DNA of 63,109 nucleotides, counting the filler, from Octopus bimaculoides (lineage: Eukaryota): assembly GCF_001194135.2 (NCBI RefSeq). It is 4 parts of 4 records of this genome, joined end to end, with 100 filler letters (N's around TTAATTAATTAA, not from the genome) between each part and the next. Parts side by side here need not be neighbours in the genome. Positions count along the whole stretch, not along the records: positions 32,045 to 60,149 come from NC_069000.1; 3 more parts are not named here. The stretch is one strand, 5' to 3'. The position numbers and the translations under genes were made by a program. The notes beneath the pieces were generated by a model. It did not search any database. It worked only from the letters and a program-made list of their open reading frames with translations, and was not told the origin of the DNA. Shown here one piece after another: positions 38,386 to 50,443 of this stretch (positions within the stretch are counted from its first letter, which is position 1; each line of letters begins with the position of its first letter).

Positions 38386-38659
38386 AACTGGTTCTTATTT
38401 CATTGAGTCCAAAAGGATGAACAATAAAATCATCCTTGGCAAAATTTGAACACAAAACATTGAGGTGGAGGAAATATTGCTCAGCATTTCATCTAGCACA
38501 CTAATGAGTCATCCATCTTGCCACCTTACAGTACAAGATTTTAATAATTATATCAATATGAGGACAGTTTCTAACATAGGCACAAGATTACAAACGCCTT
38601 GGTTGTTAAACATTGTGATCTCGTTAAAATACATCTATATAGCTACGTATTTGTTCGTC

Positions 38660-39105
38660 CAAGTGAAGAGCACCATCCGAGTGCGATCGTTGCCAGAGCA
38701 CCAGCTGTCTGGCTTCTGTGCCAGTGGCACGTAAATAGCACCATTTGAGCGTGATCGTCACCAGCGTTGCCTTCCTGGCTCTTGTGCCGGTGGCACATGA
38801 AAAGACATTCGAGCAAGGTCGTTGCCAGTGCCGCTGGACTGGCTCCTGTGCAGGTGGCATGTAAAATACACCATTTTGAATGTGAGCGTTGTCAGTACTG
38901 CCTGATTGGCCCTCATGCCGGTGGCACGTAAAAGCACCCACTACACTCCCGGAGTGGTTGGCGTTAGGAAGGGCATCCAGCTGTAGAAACTCTGCCAAAT
39001 CAGATTGGAGCCTGGTGTAGCCATCTGGTTCACCAGTCCTCAGTCAAATCGTCCAACCCATGCTAGCATGGAAAGCGGACGTTAAACGATGATGATGATG
39101 ATGAT
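38660..39105 (+). mobile_element. RTE-type 3' UTR/tail with four internal units of about 65 bp
   Basis: Four units containing GTGCCNGTGGCAC, then GGCGTTAGGAAGGGCATCCAGC...GGACGTTAAAC(GAT)n. Confidence 0.9.
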
Positions 39106-39186
39106 GGTGACAATGACGTTTGACTCCTGGTCAGCCTTTAAATCAGTCAACCTATTATCAAAAACATTTCTGTGTGACCATCCCAT

Positions 39187-39223
<37 letters not shown>

Positions 39224-40269
39224 TTTCCTGCTTGTACAACGTTGTGCAAAGTCTCCTAGTCCTTCCTATTTTAAGGTAGCATGGTGTGATTTTCAGGAGA
39301 TTTGGTTGCTGCTATTTCTTGCAGTGTAAGCCATCATGTTTAAGCTCTGTTGTTGACCTGTACGCCTCAGTTTTAAAATGACGTAAAAAGAATATTTGCT
39401 AGTATTATATATGTAACAGGATGTTCATTGTACTATTGATAAACATAGTCACACAGTGTAATCAATATCTTACACAAATCTGATAATTTATGAAATGGCT
39501 TTCTGAAGCCATGCTTTCTCTCATGGATGCAGGCATGGCTACATGGTTAAGAAGTTCACTGTGCAGTGATGAAGGTAATAGTAGTAGTAATACTTCTAGG
39601 ATGGGGCCATGTGTTGTAACAGCACATTGTTGCATCCACTGTTTGTCAATGATTCCCTACTCTTGGTGGATGAGACCTTTGCACCACTCCTAGCGGTAAC
39701 CCTCCAACCCATGGATCTGTTTGGATAATCGTTGCTGATGAGGATTTTACAAAGTCAGAGTACAAATCCTACCTCAACCTCTTTTAGTCCTCTAAGACGT
39801 AGAGGAAACATGGGGGTCTATTTCTTTGACATGCTGGTCCCCACACAGCACTAATGCAACATGAAATGAAATGCTTTGCTCTAAAAACAGAACATACTGC
39901 CTAGTGTGGGAATTGAACCCATGATCTGGCAATCATGAGTACAACACCCTAACCACTAGATCACATGCCTTCAAGCATGAAGAGATGAAGTGCCAGGTTC
40001 AGTTTCATTGCATGGCATCTTGGACATGTCTTCTAACATAACTTTAAATCAACATAAGCATTGTGAGTGGAATTGAGCACATTGTATGAGGGTATGTAAA
40101 ATCATATTGGCTGGAATCATCATCATCATCATTATCATCATCAGTTAATGTCCATTTTCCATGCGGGCATGGGTTGGATGGTTTGATAGGGGCCAACCAA
40201 CTCACAGGCTGTTCAGGCTCCTTGTCTATTTTGGCATGGTTTCTATGGCTGGATACCCTTCTTAACGCC

Positions 40270-40810
40270 AAATATATTTCAAAAGTGCTAAAGTGATTGG
40301 AAGCAAGAGGCTGACTTGGATGCTAGAATTGCAGATACTGGTAACATAATGTACCAGCGCCAGCATTTGATTCTCAGAAGAGGGCAGATTGTTAAAAAAA
40401 GCCAACCTCACTATTTTTAATTCAGATTTTGTGCCTATCCTCACCTATGGTCATGAATGTTGGTTAATGAGTGAAAGAGTATGACTGAAAATACAAGCAG
40501 CTGAAACAGGAAACAGGGTTCCTCCAAAACATCAATGGAGTAAAGTTACTCAAAAGGATGCATAGCTTGGAGATCAAAGAGTTTCTCTAGTTTAAGCTGC
40601 TTTTTCTCTGCATTGAGAAGTCACAACTCTGATGCCATGGATATGTGATTATAATGTCACAGAAAGGAATCACAGGACAGATTTGTCAAGCTGAGACAAC
40701 TTGTAGAAGACCAAGAACAAGATAGTTGGATAATATCCTTAGCCTCAGTTGGTCTTCCTTGGGAATCCAGCCAACAAGTGTAATGATGGTTGCTAAAAAT
40801 TCTTCAAGGT
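40270..40810 (+). mobile_element. Decayed RTE-clade LINE, RT C-terminal region
   Basis: FVPILTYGHECW...KIQAAE...IEKSQL...TCRRP..RTR.LDNI. Confidence 0.75.
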
Positions 40811-41178
40811 GGTGCCCCAGCATGGCCACAGTCCAATGACTGAAACGAATAAAAGATAATACATACAAAAGTGGACAATACCAGTGAATTGTAAATTAAT
40901 GCCCAAAAATGTAACAATCACCAAAGCAGGTTAAATTTCATTAGATATGTGGTAAATATCCTGTAGTAGATAAATCCTTTTGGTGAGATAAGTAATTATA
41001 TATATATGTGTATATATATTTGGCATTAAGAAGGGCATCCAGCTGTAGAGGTTGTNNNNNNNNNNNNNNNNNNNNNNNNNNNNNNNNNNNNNNNNNNNNN
41101 NNNNNNNNNNNNNNNNNNNNNNNNNNNNNNNNNNNNNNNNNNNNNNNNNNNNNNNNNNNNNNNNNNNNNNNNNNNNNN

Positions 41179-41224
<46 letters not shown>

Positions 41225-42072
41225 TTATTTATAAAAATTAAAAAGTAAAAGAGTCAAAAGGAAGAGTAAGTACGGTTAAGCAGCTTTTTAATCGCTACAA
41301 ATAACTATATTTATCTATATGTTTGTGTGTGTATATATATATATATATTTATTTATATGTGTGTGTGTATATATATATAAAAAGGATCAAAGGTCCCTCC
41401 TAAGCCATAGGCCACCGGCTCATATGGCCCGTTTTCCAGGTTTTGTGGTGTATATGTTTCCTCCTTGGACAGGATGCTGATCCATTGCAGCGATACAGAA
41501 TTACTAATTTTCACAAGCTGGAGCAATGTGAAATGAAGTGTTTTGCCGAAGAACACAATGCATTGCCCAGAATTGAAACCGCAATCTTACAAGTATGAGT
41601 TTAATATCCTAACTGCTAAGCCACACATTATTTTCATGTGCCCCATCATGATTATAACTGCTAGTTCCCCAACTTTGGCTCTTCCATTACTAATACTGGG
41701 GAACCCAGCTAAACGTTTGACCAGAACTTACACAAACGCACCGACAGACACATATGCCCTTAACACAGTGGACATTCACTCAACAGACCATTTTTCACCC
41801 CCCACCCCCAATATAAGCCATCACAAATATAGTTTCCCTACACAAATACTCCTGAGAATTTAACCAAAACATAAACAAGACACATGGATAAACAAACACA
41901 TGTGGCCTTTGGACATTCATCCCCTCCCCCACCGCCAAAAAAACATTACATATATAGTACCGCTGCACACATTCCAACTCTGCAAGAACACCAACCCCAA
42001 AACATGCACACATTTCTCATAAACACTTTTGTGATAATTTTGCAGCTTTAATAAAAGTATATATAAATATAT

Positions 42073-42457
42073 GTGGTTGTGTGGTAAGTAGCTTGCTTAC
42101 GAACCACATGGTTCCGGGTTCAGTCCCACTGCGTGGCACCTTGGGCAAGTGTCTTCTACTATAACCTCAGGCCGACCAAAGCCTTGTGAGTGGATTTGGT
42201 AGACGGAAACTGAAAGAAGCCCGTTGTATATTTGCATATATATATATATGTATGTGTGTGTGTTTGTCCCCCCAACATCGCTTGACAACCGATGGTGGTG
42301 TGTTTACGTCTCTGTAACTTAGCGGTTCGGCAAAAGAGACCGATAGAATAAGTACTAGGCTTACAAAGAATAAGTCCTGGGGTCGATTTGCTTGACTAAA
42401 AGCGGTGCTCCAGCATGGCCACAGTCAAATGACTGAAACAATTATAAGAGTAAAAGA
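42073..42457 (+). mobile_element. SINE family A, full length and young
   Basis: tRNA-like head, central TA/GT microsatellite, and tail GCGGTGCTCCAGCATGGCCACAGTCAAATGACTGAAAC...GTAAAAG. Confidence 0.92.
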
Positions 42458-42479
42458 ATACATATATGTGTGTGTGTGT

Positions 42480-42515
<36 letters not shown>

Positions 42516-42613
42516 ATGTATATAGGTAGATAGATAGATAGATAGATACACACACACATATATATAACAAATGACATAGGTGGAAAATGGAATATATGAG
42601 TAACTTTATTGCG

Positions 42614-42715
42614 CACAATGATCATTTCGACTCATTCTGCATCGATCCCTCATGGGTGGGATTCTGTATAACTGGTTGTGGTGCATCTGTTGTTGTAGAA
42701 GTGTCTCATCAGATG
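42614..42715 (-). ncRNA. Hammerhead-ribozyme-like motif with enlarged stem II
   Basis: Minus strand: CAT-CTGATGA-GAC...(71 nt)...GTC-GAAA-TGATCA-TT-GTG. Core intact; palindromic stem III ATGATCAT; stem I only 3 bp. Confidence 0.55.
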
Positions 42716-42879
42716 ATTTTACGAAGGGCATCTCATTAAATAAACCCTGTTTTGCTTGATTTTAATACAGCATGTTGTTAGTCACCACAGGTTTAGGTCC
42801 TTGGGCAGGAATAGCAAGGGACAGATTCCATTGCAATATTATAAACAGTTATCTACATGTATTTAGTAATTTACTGTGC

Positions 42880-43215
42880 TTGAGAAGACACATCCAGCTA
42901 AGTGAAATCATAGTTTTGGCCAGTGCTGGTGACATATGAAAGGTATCCATGCTGGTGGCATATAAAAGGTGTCTGTGCTGGTGACACATGAAAGGCGACT
43001 GTGCCAGTGACACATGAAAAGCACCTGTGTTGGTGATGCATAAAAGGTAACGAGTACATTCTATGGAGTGGTTGGCATTAGGAAGGACATCTAGCTGTAG
43101 AAACCAAGCCAAAACTTACTGGAGTTTGGTGCAACTCTCTGGTTTACCAGTTCCTGTTAAACCATTTAATCCATAGCAGCATGGAAAACGGATGCTAAAT
43201 GATGAAGATGATACA
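42880..43215 (+). mobile_element. RTE-type 3' tail variant with about five 24-bp units
   Basis: GTGCTGGTGACACATGAAAGG-like repeats, then the shared tail and (GAT)n. Confidence 0.75.
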
Positions 43216-43699
43216 TACATAAATATATATATATATATATCCAAATCAGAGAGAAATGGTTATATTTCAAGAAAGAAATTGTTCACGTAGGTATTCTCAG
43301 GGTTGAAAATTGCTGTTCTTAAACTTATTATTCAAATCATCTGCAATCACATGCATATATACATATATGTGTATGTATACGCATGGACAAAAATGCACAT
43401 GCATGCATACACAATGTTAGCACAAAGCAATGCAAAATAAAATATATTTGTGTAGAGTCATGTTTAACACTTTTGAGTTCTTTGGACATGACAAAACCTT
43501 TCACTGCAGGACTAGTCTCAGGAGGATATTTTCCACTTAGACTTATGCACGTNNNNNNNNNNNNNNNNNNNNNNNNNNNNNNNNNNNNNNNNNNNNNNNN
43601 NNNNNNNNNNNNNNNNNNNNNNNNNNNNNNNNNNNNNNNNNNNNNNNNNNNNNNNNNNNNNNNNNNNNNNNNNNNNNNNNNNNNNNNNNNNNNNNNNNN

Positions 43700-43735
<36 letters not shown>

Positions 43736-43887
43736 CACTTAGTTTTGTGTGTGTGTAAATGTCGCATTCGAAAGGGTTTCTGGTTATTGAAACCATGCTG
43801 AAGCAGACATTGGAGCTTGGCATAGTCTTCTAACTTGCTAGCTCCTGTCAAACTGTCCAACCCATGTCAGCATGAAAAATAGACATT

Positions 43888-44060
43888 AGATGATGATGAT
43901 GACGATGATAATGATGATGAAGATGACAATGGCAAGGGTGATGATGATGATGATGATGTTGATGACAACGATGACAACGATGATGATGATAACAATGACG
44001 ATGGCAATGTTGAGGGTGATGGTGATGATGATGATGATGACAACGACGGTGATGATGATA
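43888..44060. repeat. Degenerate (GAT)/(GAC) trinucleotide tract extending an RTE tail
   Basis: Directly follows CCAACCCATGTCAGCATGAAAAATAGACATTA. Confidence 0.9.
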
Positions 44061-45559
44061 TGACAGTATATAAGCACGTCACACTGATGCAAATAATGTG
44101 TCATCATGTCTATGTTGGGAGATTTAAGTACATGGTGCAAGAGTGGCTCTATGGTTAAGAAATTTGCTTCACAACTACATGACCGCTGGTTCAATCCTGC
44201 CCTGTGTCTCTTTGTGAGCAAGTTCCTTTGACCATATTTGTGGTTTAACCAGTGCTTTACAAAGTATATTGACACACCGTCTTAGTCATTCATCTAAATA
44301 ACATTCAAATGTCTGAATTTAATATTCTTTTGTTTTTTGTAGCTGATACAAACTTGACCTATCATGTTAGATATTCAATAGTCATACTTCATTAATTTCC
44401 TTTTAGCTTACTCTCCATCTTCCATTATGACTGTTTAAACTTTAATTCTGGTGAATGATGTATCATAATGTTTTTCTACATTTACAAAAGACAGATTTGT
44501 TATGATGACTATTTAACAAAACTCTCTCGGAAATGAAAGCAGCAATGCTAACAATCTCAAGTACCACAAACATAGTTTCTTCTGATTGCAGATGATTGGA
44601 ATTTAAAAACTGCGGACGTTTTCTCCATTAGATCAGCTGAAAAAAAATATATATATATGTCCGTGGGAAGAGCCATTTTAACGATGCGTCCTGCCCTAAC
44701 TCTCCGAAACGCCTGTGTTAGAATGGTGGCAGCGGATGAAGGAAAATGTTCTCTATGTGGCCTGTGTGTTTTCTGTACTCTGGTTATTATTATTTTTTTG
44801 TCTACGTTTTGTTTGCAATGTCCTGTACCCAGTTATGCACCTATATATACAGGTAGATGTAGGTATGCACATACTTGTACGTATATATGCATATACTCAT
44901 TTATTATTTGGTTTTAGCTTGCTTACCAGCCACATGGTTCCGGGTTCAGTCCTACTGCGTGGCACCTTGGGCAAGTGTCTTCTACTATAGCCTCGGGCCG
45001 ACCAAAGCCTTGTGAGTGGATTTGGTAGACGGAAACTGAAAGAAGCCCATCGTATATATGTACATATATATATATATATGNNNNNNNNNNNNNNNNNNNN
45101 NNNNNNNNNNNNNNNNNNNNNNNNNNNNNNNNNNNNNNNNNNNNNNNNNNNNNNNNNNNNNNNNNNNNNNNNNNNNNNNNNNNNNNNNNNNNNNNNNNNN
45201 NNNNNNNNNNNNNNNNNNNNNNNNNNNNNNNNNNNNNNNNNNNNNNNNNNNNNNNNNNNNNNNNNNNNNNNNNNNNNNNNNNNNNNNNNNNNNNNNNNNN
45301 NNNNNNNNNNNNNNNNNNNNNNNNNNNNNNNNNNNNNNNNNNNNNNNNNNNNNNNNNNNNNNNNNNNNNNNNNNNNNNNNNNNNNNNNNNNNNNNNNNNN
45401 NNNNNNNNNNNNNNNNNNNNNNNNNNNNNNNNNNNNNNNNNNNNNNNNNNNNNNNNNNNNNNNNNNNNNNNNNNNNNNNNNNNNNNNNNNNNNNNNNNNN
45501 NNNNNNNATATTTCCCTCCTGTTGGGATATATAGATATTTTATAGAATTAGTTTTGATT

Positions 45560-45905
45560 GAGATGGGACATGTAGAAGAGGGAGATCCAGGAAGACATGG
45601 GACGATGTCCTGAAGGACAACCTCCGGAGGCTGAACATCTCATAAGACTTGTCCTCGACAGCAAAAGTGTTAAGGCCACTTCCCCTGGAGGATTAACCTG
45701 CAAGAGTTGTGTGCCAGTGCCATGCAAAAAGCGCTCATGCAGGGCCATGTTAAAAGTACCCACCACATACTGTAATGTAATTGGCATTAGGAAGGGCATC
45801 CAGCCATAGAAATCAAGCCAAATGTGACTTCCCAGCTTGCCAGCTCCTGTCAAACTGTCCAACCCATGCCAGCATGGGAAACAAACATTAAATGATGATG
45901 ATGAT
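45560..45905 (+). mobile_element. 5'-truncated RTE LINE: ORF C-terminus plus 3' UTR and tail
   Basis: GTCRRGRSRKTWDDVLKDNLRRLNIS, followed by the same tail found as free copies across the window. Confidence 0.8.
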
Positions 45906-47227
45906 GCGGGCACTTTTATCTGCTTGCAATGGAGGCAGATTTTCTAGAGCCAGATGCTCTTCCAATCACAAGCACTTATATCTGTTTTACATGCAAAGTA
46001 ATATTTTCCCTTAGCCAGACATGTTTTTTGCGGAAGACTAGTAATGAACAACATTGTTTGTATGATGGCAACTCTTCCATGGATCAGGTAAAATTTGTTG
46101 CGGCATATTTTCTACAGCTAGATGCCCACCCTGTTGTCATTTTGTACCTGTTTCCAAGCAAGGTAATATTTCCCCATAGCTAGACATGTTTTTTTCATGG
46201 AGGACTAGGAACAAACAACATGGCTTGTATGACATTAATACTAGTTTATAACCATCACATGATGACAAACCAAGGGCACCTCCACTTCATATATATGTAA
46301 GCTAATTAGGCATACTATTATTAAATGAGATTATCAAGTGCTTAATTATTTACTATCAAAATAATGAAGTTATCAGAAGAGTTAGTTTTTTTGTTTGTTT
46401 GTTGGTTGCTATTGTTGTTTTGATAAAATAATGATTTGAAATGAACCGATTTTTCTAAGTGGCAGCAGTGGCGGTGGCACTGGCCGAGTCGGGGTGGGGG
46501 TGTAGTGTTTGTTGGCATGGTGGAGGTAAGCGGGCTATCTCCTGATTTCTGTTGTTCTTGACATTGCCCAAGAGTTTACATGTTTCACATCAAAATAGAC
46601 CTCACCTCGTTACTAATAATGGCAACAGAGATTATGAAATTATGTTAATGACATGAGCGCATGACCTAAGGTTAGCAAAGATAAAATGGAAGAATTTTAA
46701 AAATAACAATCACCCCCCCCCCACTCCTGATAATATCAACAGGTTTTCTTTTGATACCAAACATTTCCAGTACATCTTGACACACAGAGGTTTCAGATTA
46801 GAGATTATAGTTTATCAATGTTAGATTAATGGTTGTTTGCTTGTTGTATTTCCATATGGCCCTGATGGCCCATTTGTTTTAAAAACACATGTACTCTTGT
46901 ACGTTCTTCACTTCATCTCTCCTGATTAACATGTTATTATGGTCTTCTATCACCCCCATGCACATGTGCGCATACACACAAACACATGCATGCTGCCTTA
47001 GATAAATACACACTAAGGCATAAAAAAAATGCACACACACACATACATACACACACACATGCATACACATGTGAGCGTGAAAATGCACATCTTCATATAT
47101 TTATGAGATCAAATGATACACTATCTTGTTTTCCAATCTCTGCCCAGCCTTTCAGATCAAAGCTCCAGTCAGACAAAGAGAACAATCTGTATTCGTTTCC
47201 TATTTAGTGAGCTACAATATCATCTAT

Positions 47228-47278
<51 letters not shown>

Positions 47279-47310
47279 CACACACACACATCTATTTTCT
47301 ATCCATTCTG

Positions 47311-47344
<34 letters not shown>

Positions 47345-47572
47345 TTGTGTATATGTATGTATGTATGTATGTGTGTGTATATATATATATATCATTGAAA
47401 GTAGTTGATTCAGTCCTGTGCTACTTCAAGTTTCACAGGTCCCCTAATGGGAGCCCAACTCCTTCACGCTTTGGATTGCCAAATAAAGAGATACAGGAAG
47501 TCCAAGATGGCTACCGGAAGTCAGGGTGCTATTGGTATATATTTGGTATATATATATATATATATATATACA

Positions 47573-49500
47573 CAGTGGTGGGCACAGCTAACCAAGAAGT
47601 TAGCTTCGCTAACTGCTAAACTGCTAACTAAAAAGGTTACTGTCGCAAATGCTAAACCACTAAACAGGTAAAAAAATTAGTGGAAGTTAATACTAAATGG
47701 TAGCCGTTTACTTTTATCATATGAATGTAGTTTTGGTTTGGTTTTTGGCTCTAAAACCCCTAAAAACAGACCTAGATAGCTGAAATTTTTATGTAGTTTA
47801 GACAGAGCTTTCCAAAAAGATATAGCATGCCAAAATCATATGATCATCAAGCAGTATGCAAATATTTAAATGAATAAGTGAAATTAAACATGAGTTTTTC
47901 AATCAACATACACTTGTTTTACTGCACAAACAGTCTTAAATGAATCAAAAAGGTATCGTATAGTATAGGTATCATGCTAAGATCAGATGATGATCAAGGT
48001 GTACTACTCTGGCTGGGCCTTCTCCATCACCCTGATGTGAAACTGGTTGCCCTTCATAAACATCAGCCTCTCAAAATTACCACCTGACAGGGTGACTCTC
48101 TTGGCCCTCAAAATATCTTTACCTATAGAGAATAGGTGCTCAGCTGCAACACTGGATGGGATGGTGGTGTTATACTTGGCGAAGAGGTCAATCAAGACCT
48201 ACTCACTCAAAAAAGCAACTTCACTCAAGACCTCCTTCGAGACAGCCTCCAGTCAGATCTTCACCAAGTTCTGCGCCTTGGATTTCAGTGACCTGTGGCT
48301 CCTGCTCTCCCAGAACCAAGTGATGTTGCTGAAGAAATCATCTTCCTCATTTTCATTGCTGGTAGTGCTGCTACACTCCTCATTGGTCTCCATTAGGACT
48401 ATCTCTACGATGGTCTCTGTGGCATTTGTTACTCTGCTAACCTGGCTGTTATTATACTGCTCCAGCCTGAACAAGCGAAACTTGGGGTGGTAGGCAGCAG
48501 CCAGCTGGTACTCCAGGTCTTCTAGGAGGAGCCCAAACCTTTTCGTGGTCTGCCAGTGTCATGTCTACAAGCGGACTGCAGTACAGGAAATGTTTGAACT
48601 TGGCCTCCTTCAACTTTATGACAGTTGACAGAAGGCTCCCAAGATAAGCCTAGTCCACTCCCTGGATTTTATCAAAGGCTTTGGCAACATTAGATATCAC
48701 CTGGGCATACTCTGTCAGGAAGCCAAATTCAGAATCAGTCAAGGCCTGCAGCTTCAGCTGTGTCATCACCTTGTAGACAGCTCCCCTATTCTTCGTCAGT
48801 AGGTTGTTGAGGACAGCAACAGAGTCATAGACAGAGTTCCATCTGGTAGTGTTGGGGACTGCCAGCCTCTTCTTCAATGCATCCAGAATACTGTATGCTC
48901 CCACTGTGCTGCAGCTCTGCAGATTCTACAGCCACTGTGCTTTGAACATGGCCTTCCTGCAGGCTGATTTGAACAAAGGACTGTCAAGAGCCTTGTTAGC
49001 ATCCACACTGGCTACCAAGTTGAAGGTATGGGCTGTGCACTGGCAGGTTTAGGCACAGGCCACTGGCCTCATCAAGGATAGCATCAACAGAGATGTACTC
49101 AATTTTGTCTACATCTCCAGCCTCGAAATCCATGTCCAGGTCCACATCTTCAACGCCCTCCATGTTTGGATTGGCAGCAGCCTCAGGAATGCATGGCAAG
49201 AGTTCAACTTCTGTACCAAACTGCATAAATGCCATAACAAAGTTTTTGCCATTATCCGTTGTCATCCTGGTCACCTTGTCTTGCAGACGGAACTTGTAAT
49301 GGATGTCCACCATGGCCTGGGCAAGAACATCAAAGGTGTGATTGTCCTCTGAGCTGTGATCAGGCCAGGATGACATGTTGTCTTGTGTGGGTCTTGGGAT
49401 CTAGCCAGTGTGCCGTCATACCCACGTAGGACCTGTTGTGGGCCAACCGACAGTCTGTGGTGGTCGCCACCCAAGGGACATTGTTGAGCAATCTGTAATT
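47573..49500 (-). mobile_element. hAT (Ac-group, Tol2-like) transposon, 3' end plus broken transposase
   Basis: Terminus CAGTGGTGGGCACAGCTAACC at 47573 with GCTAAC/GCTAAA subterminal repeats; the other end was not found. Confidence 0.8.
48004..49492 (-). pseudogene. Frameshifted hAT transposase (catalytic core and hATC dimerisation domain)
   Basis: WVATTTDC..HNRSYVGMTAHW, KVTRMTTDNGKNFVMAF, PNTTRWNSVY, and YNTTIPSSVAAEHLFSIGKDIL...NFERLMFMKGN. Splice-acceptor-like TTTAATTACAG just upstream (AG at 49493-49494). Confidence 0.92.
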
Positions 49501-49548
49501 AAAAAATGTTAAATTGTAAAGAGACACAAGTTGTAAAGTTAAAAACTT

Positions 49549-49614
<66 letters not shown>

Positions 49615-50348
49615 ATATATAATCAAGGTGGCTAGCAGCAATTTAAAACCAATAAGGAAATAATTCACTGTCACTAAGAATGACAAGGGTGCAGTGAGCA
49701 CCAGCATTGCTAGAAATAGGAGTCATAGACTCATTAACCACAAAAGCACATGGACTCTTTGTATTGACAGGGGAGAAAACCCTCCCCACTCTGAGTGAGA
49801 TGCATTAGATTAGCATGCTAATTTCATATAGGAAAGTATTTATATATACATATATTTATATATACATCTGTAATATANNNNNNNNNNNNNNNNNNNNNNN
49901 NNNNNNNNNNNNNNNNNNNNNNNNNNNNNNTATATGTTACATATCTACTTGATTGATGTCAATGCCACAGTTTTGGAAGTTAATGTCTTCCCTCAAACAT
50001 CCTCAACCCACTTCAGAGCAGGTGAGCTGACAAGTTCAGTTGCACCTCACTTAATTAGTTCCACTTCAAACATTTTGCAGTTTAAATGTCACTAGGGTTA
50101 ATGAAACCTCTTATAATAAAAAGACAATAAAAACAAAACAAGTTTTTTTTTTTTTATATCTGTAAGCAAAAGATTGTGATCAGCTATGTCAGGTGAGGTT
50201 TTAGATAACGAAATTTATGGACGTTAAGCTAACCACACCTCATGCGTTATTTCATTATTTTAGTTCTTATTGTTTAACCCTAGGTTAAGCTGATGGATTA
50301 GATCTATAATCAAAGGTATTCTAGCTATGACCATCTTGTCTTTTTCTA

Positions 50349-50443
50349 CAGGGTGTCCACAAAGTCTGGGTACATGGGGATTAACACATACTTTATGTTA
50401 TGATTTTATTTCCTCCATGTACCCAGACTTTGTGGACACCCTT
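50349..50443. mobile_element. Tiny Tc1/mariner-type MITE (hairpin of about 95 bp)
   Basis: 28-bp perfect inverted repeat AGGGTGTCCACAAAGTCTGGGTACATGG, flanked by TA. Confidence 0.88.

Noticed and set aside
43886-44275. Hydrophobic Ile/Val-rich ORF resembling a membrane protein
   Set aside because: Reverse-strand translation of a (GAT)n tract.
44672-44725. CCGAAACG within a 10-bp stem as a hammerhead
   Set aside because: No CUGANGA half of the core is present.
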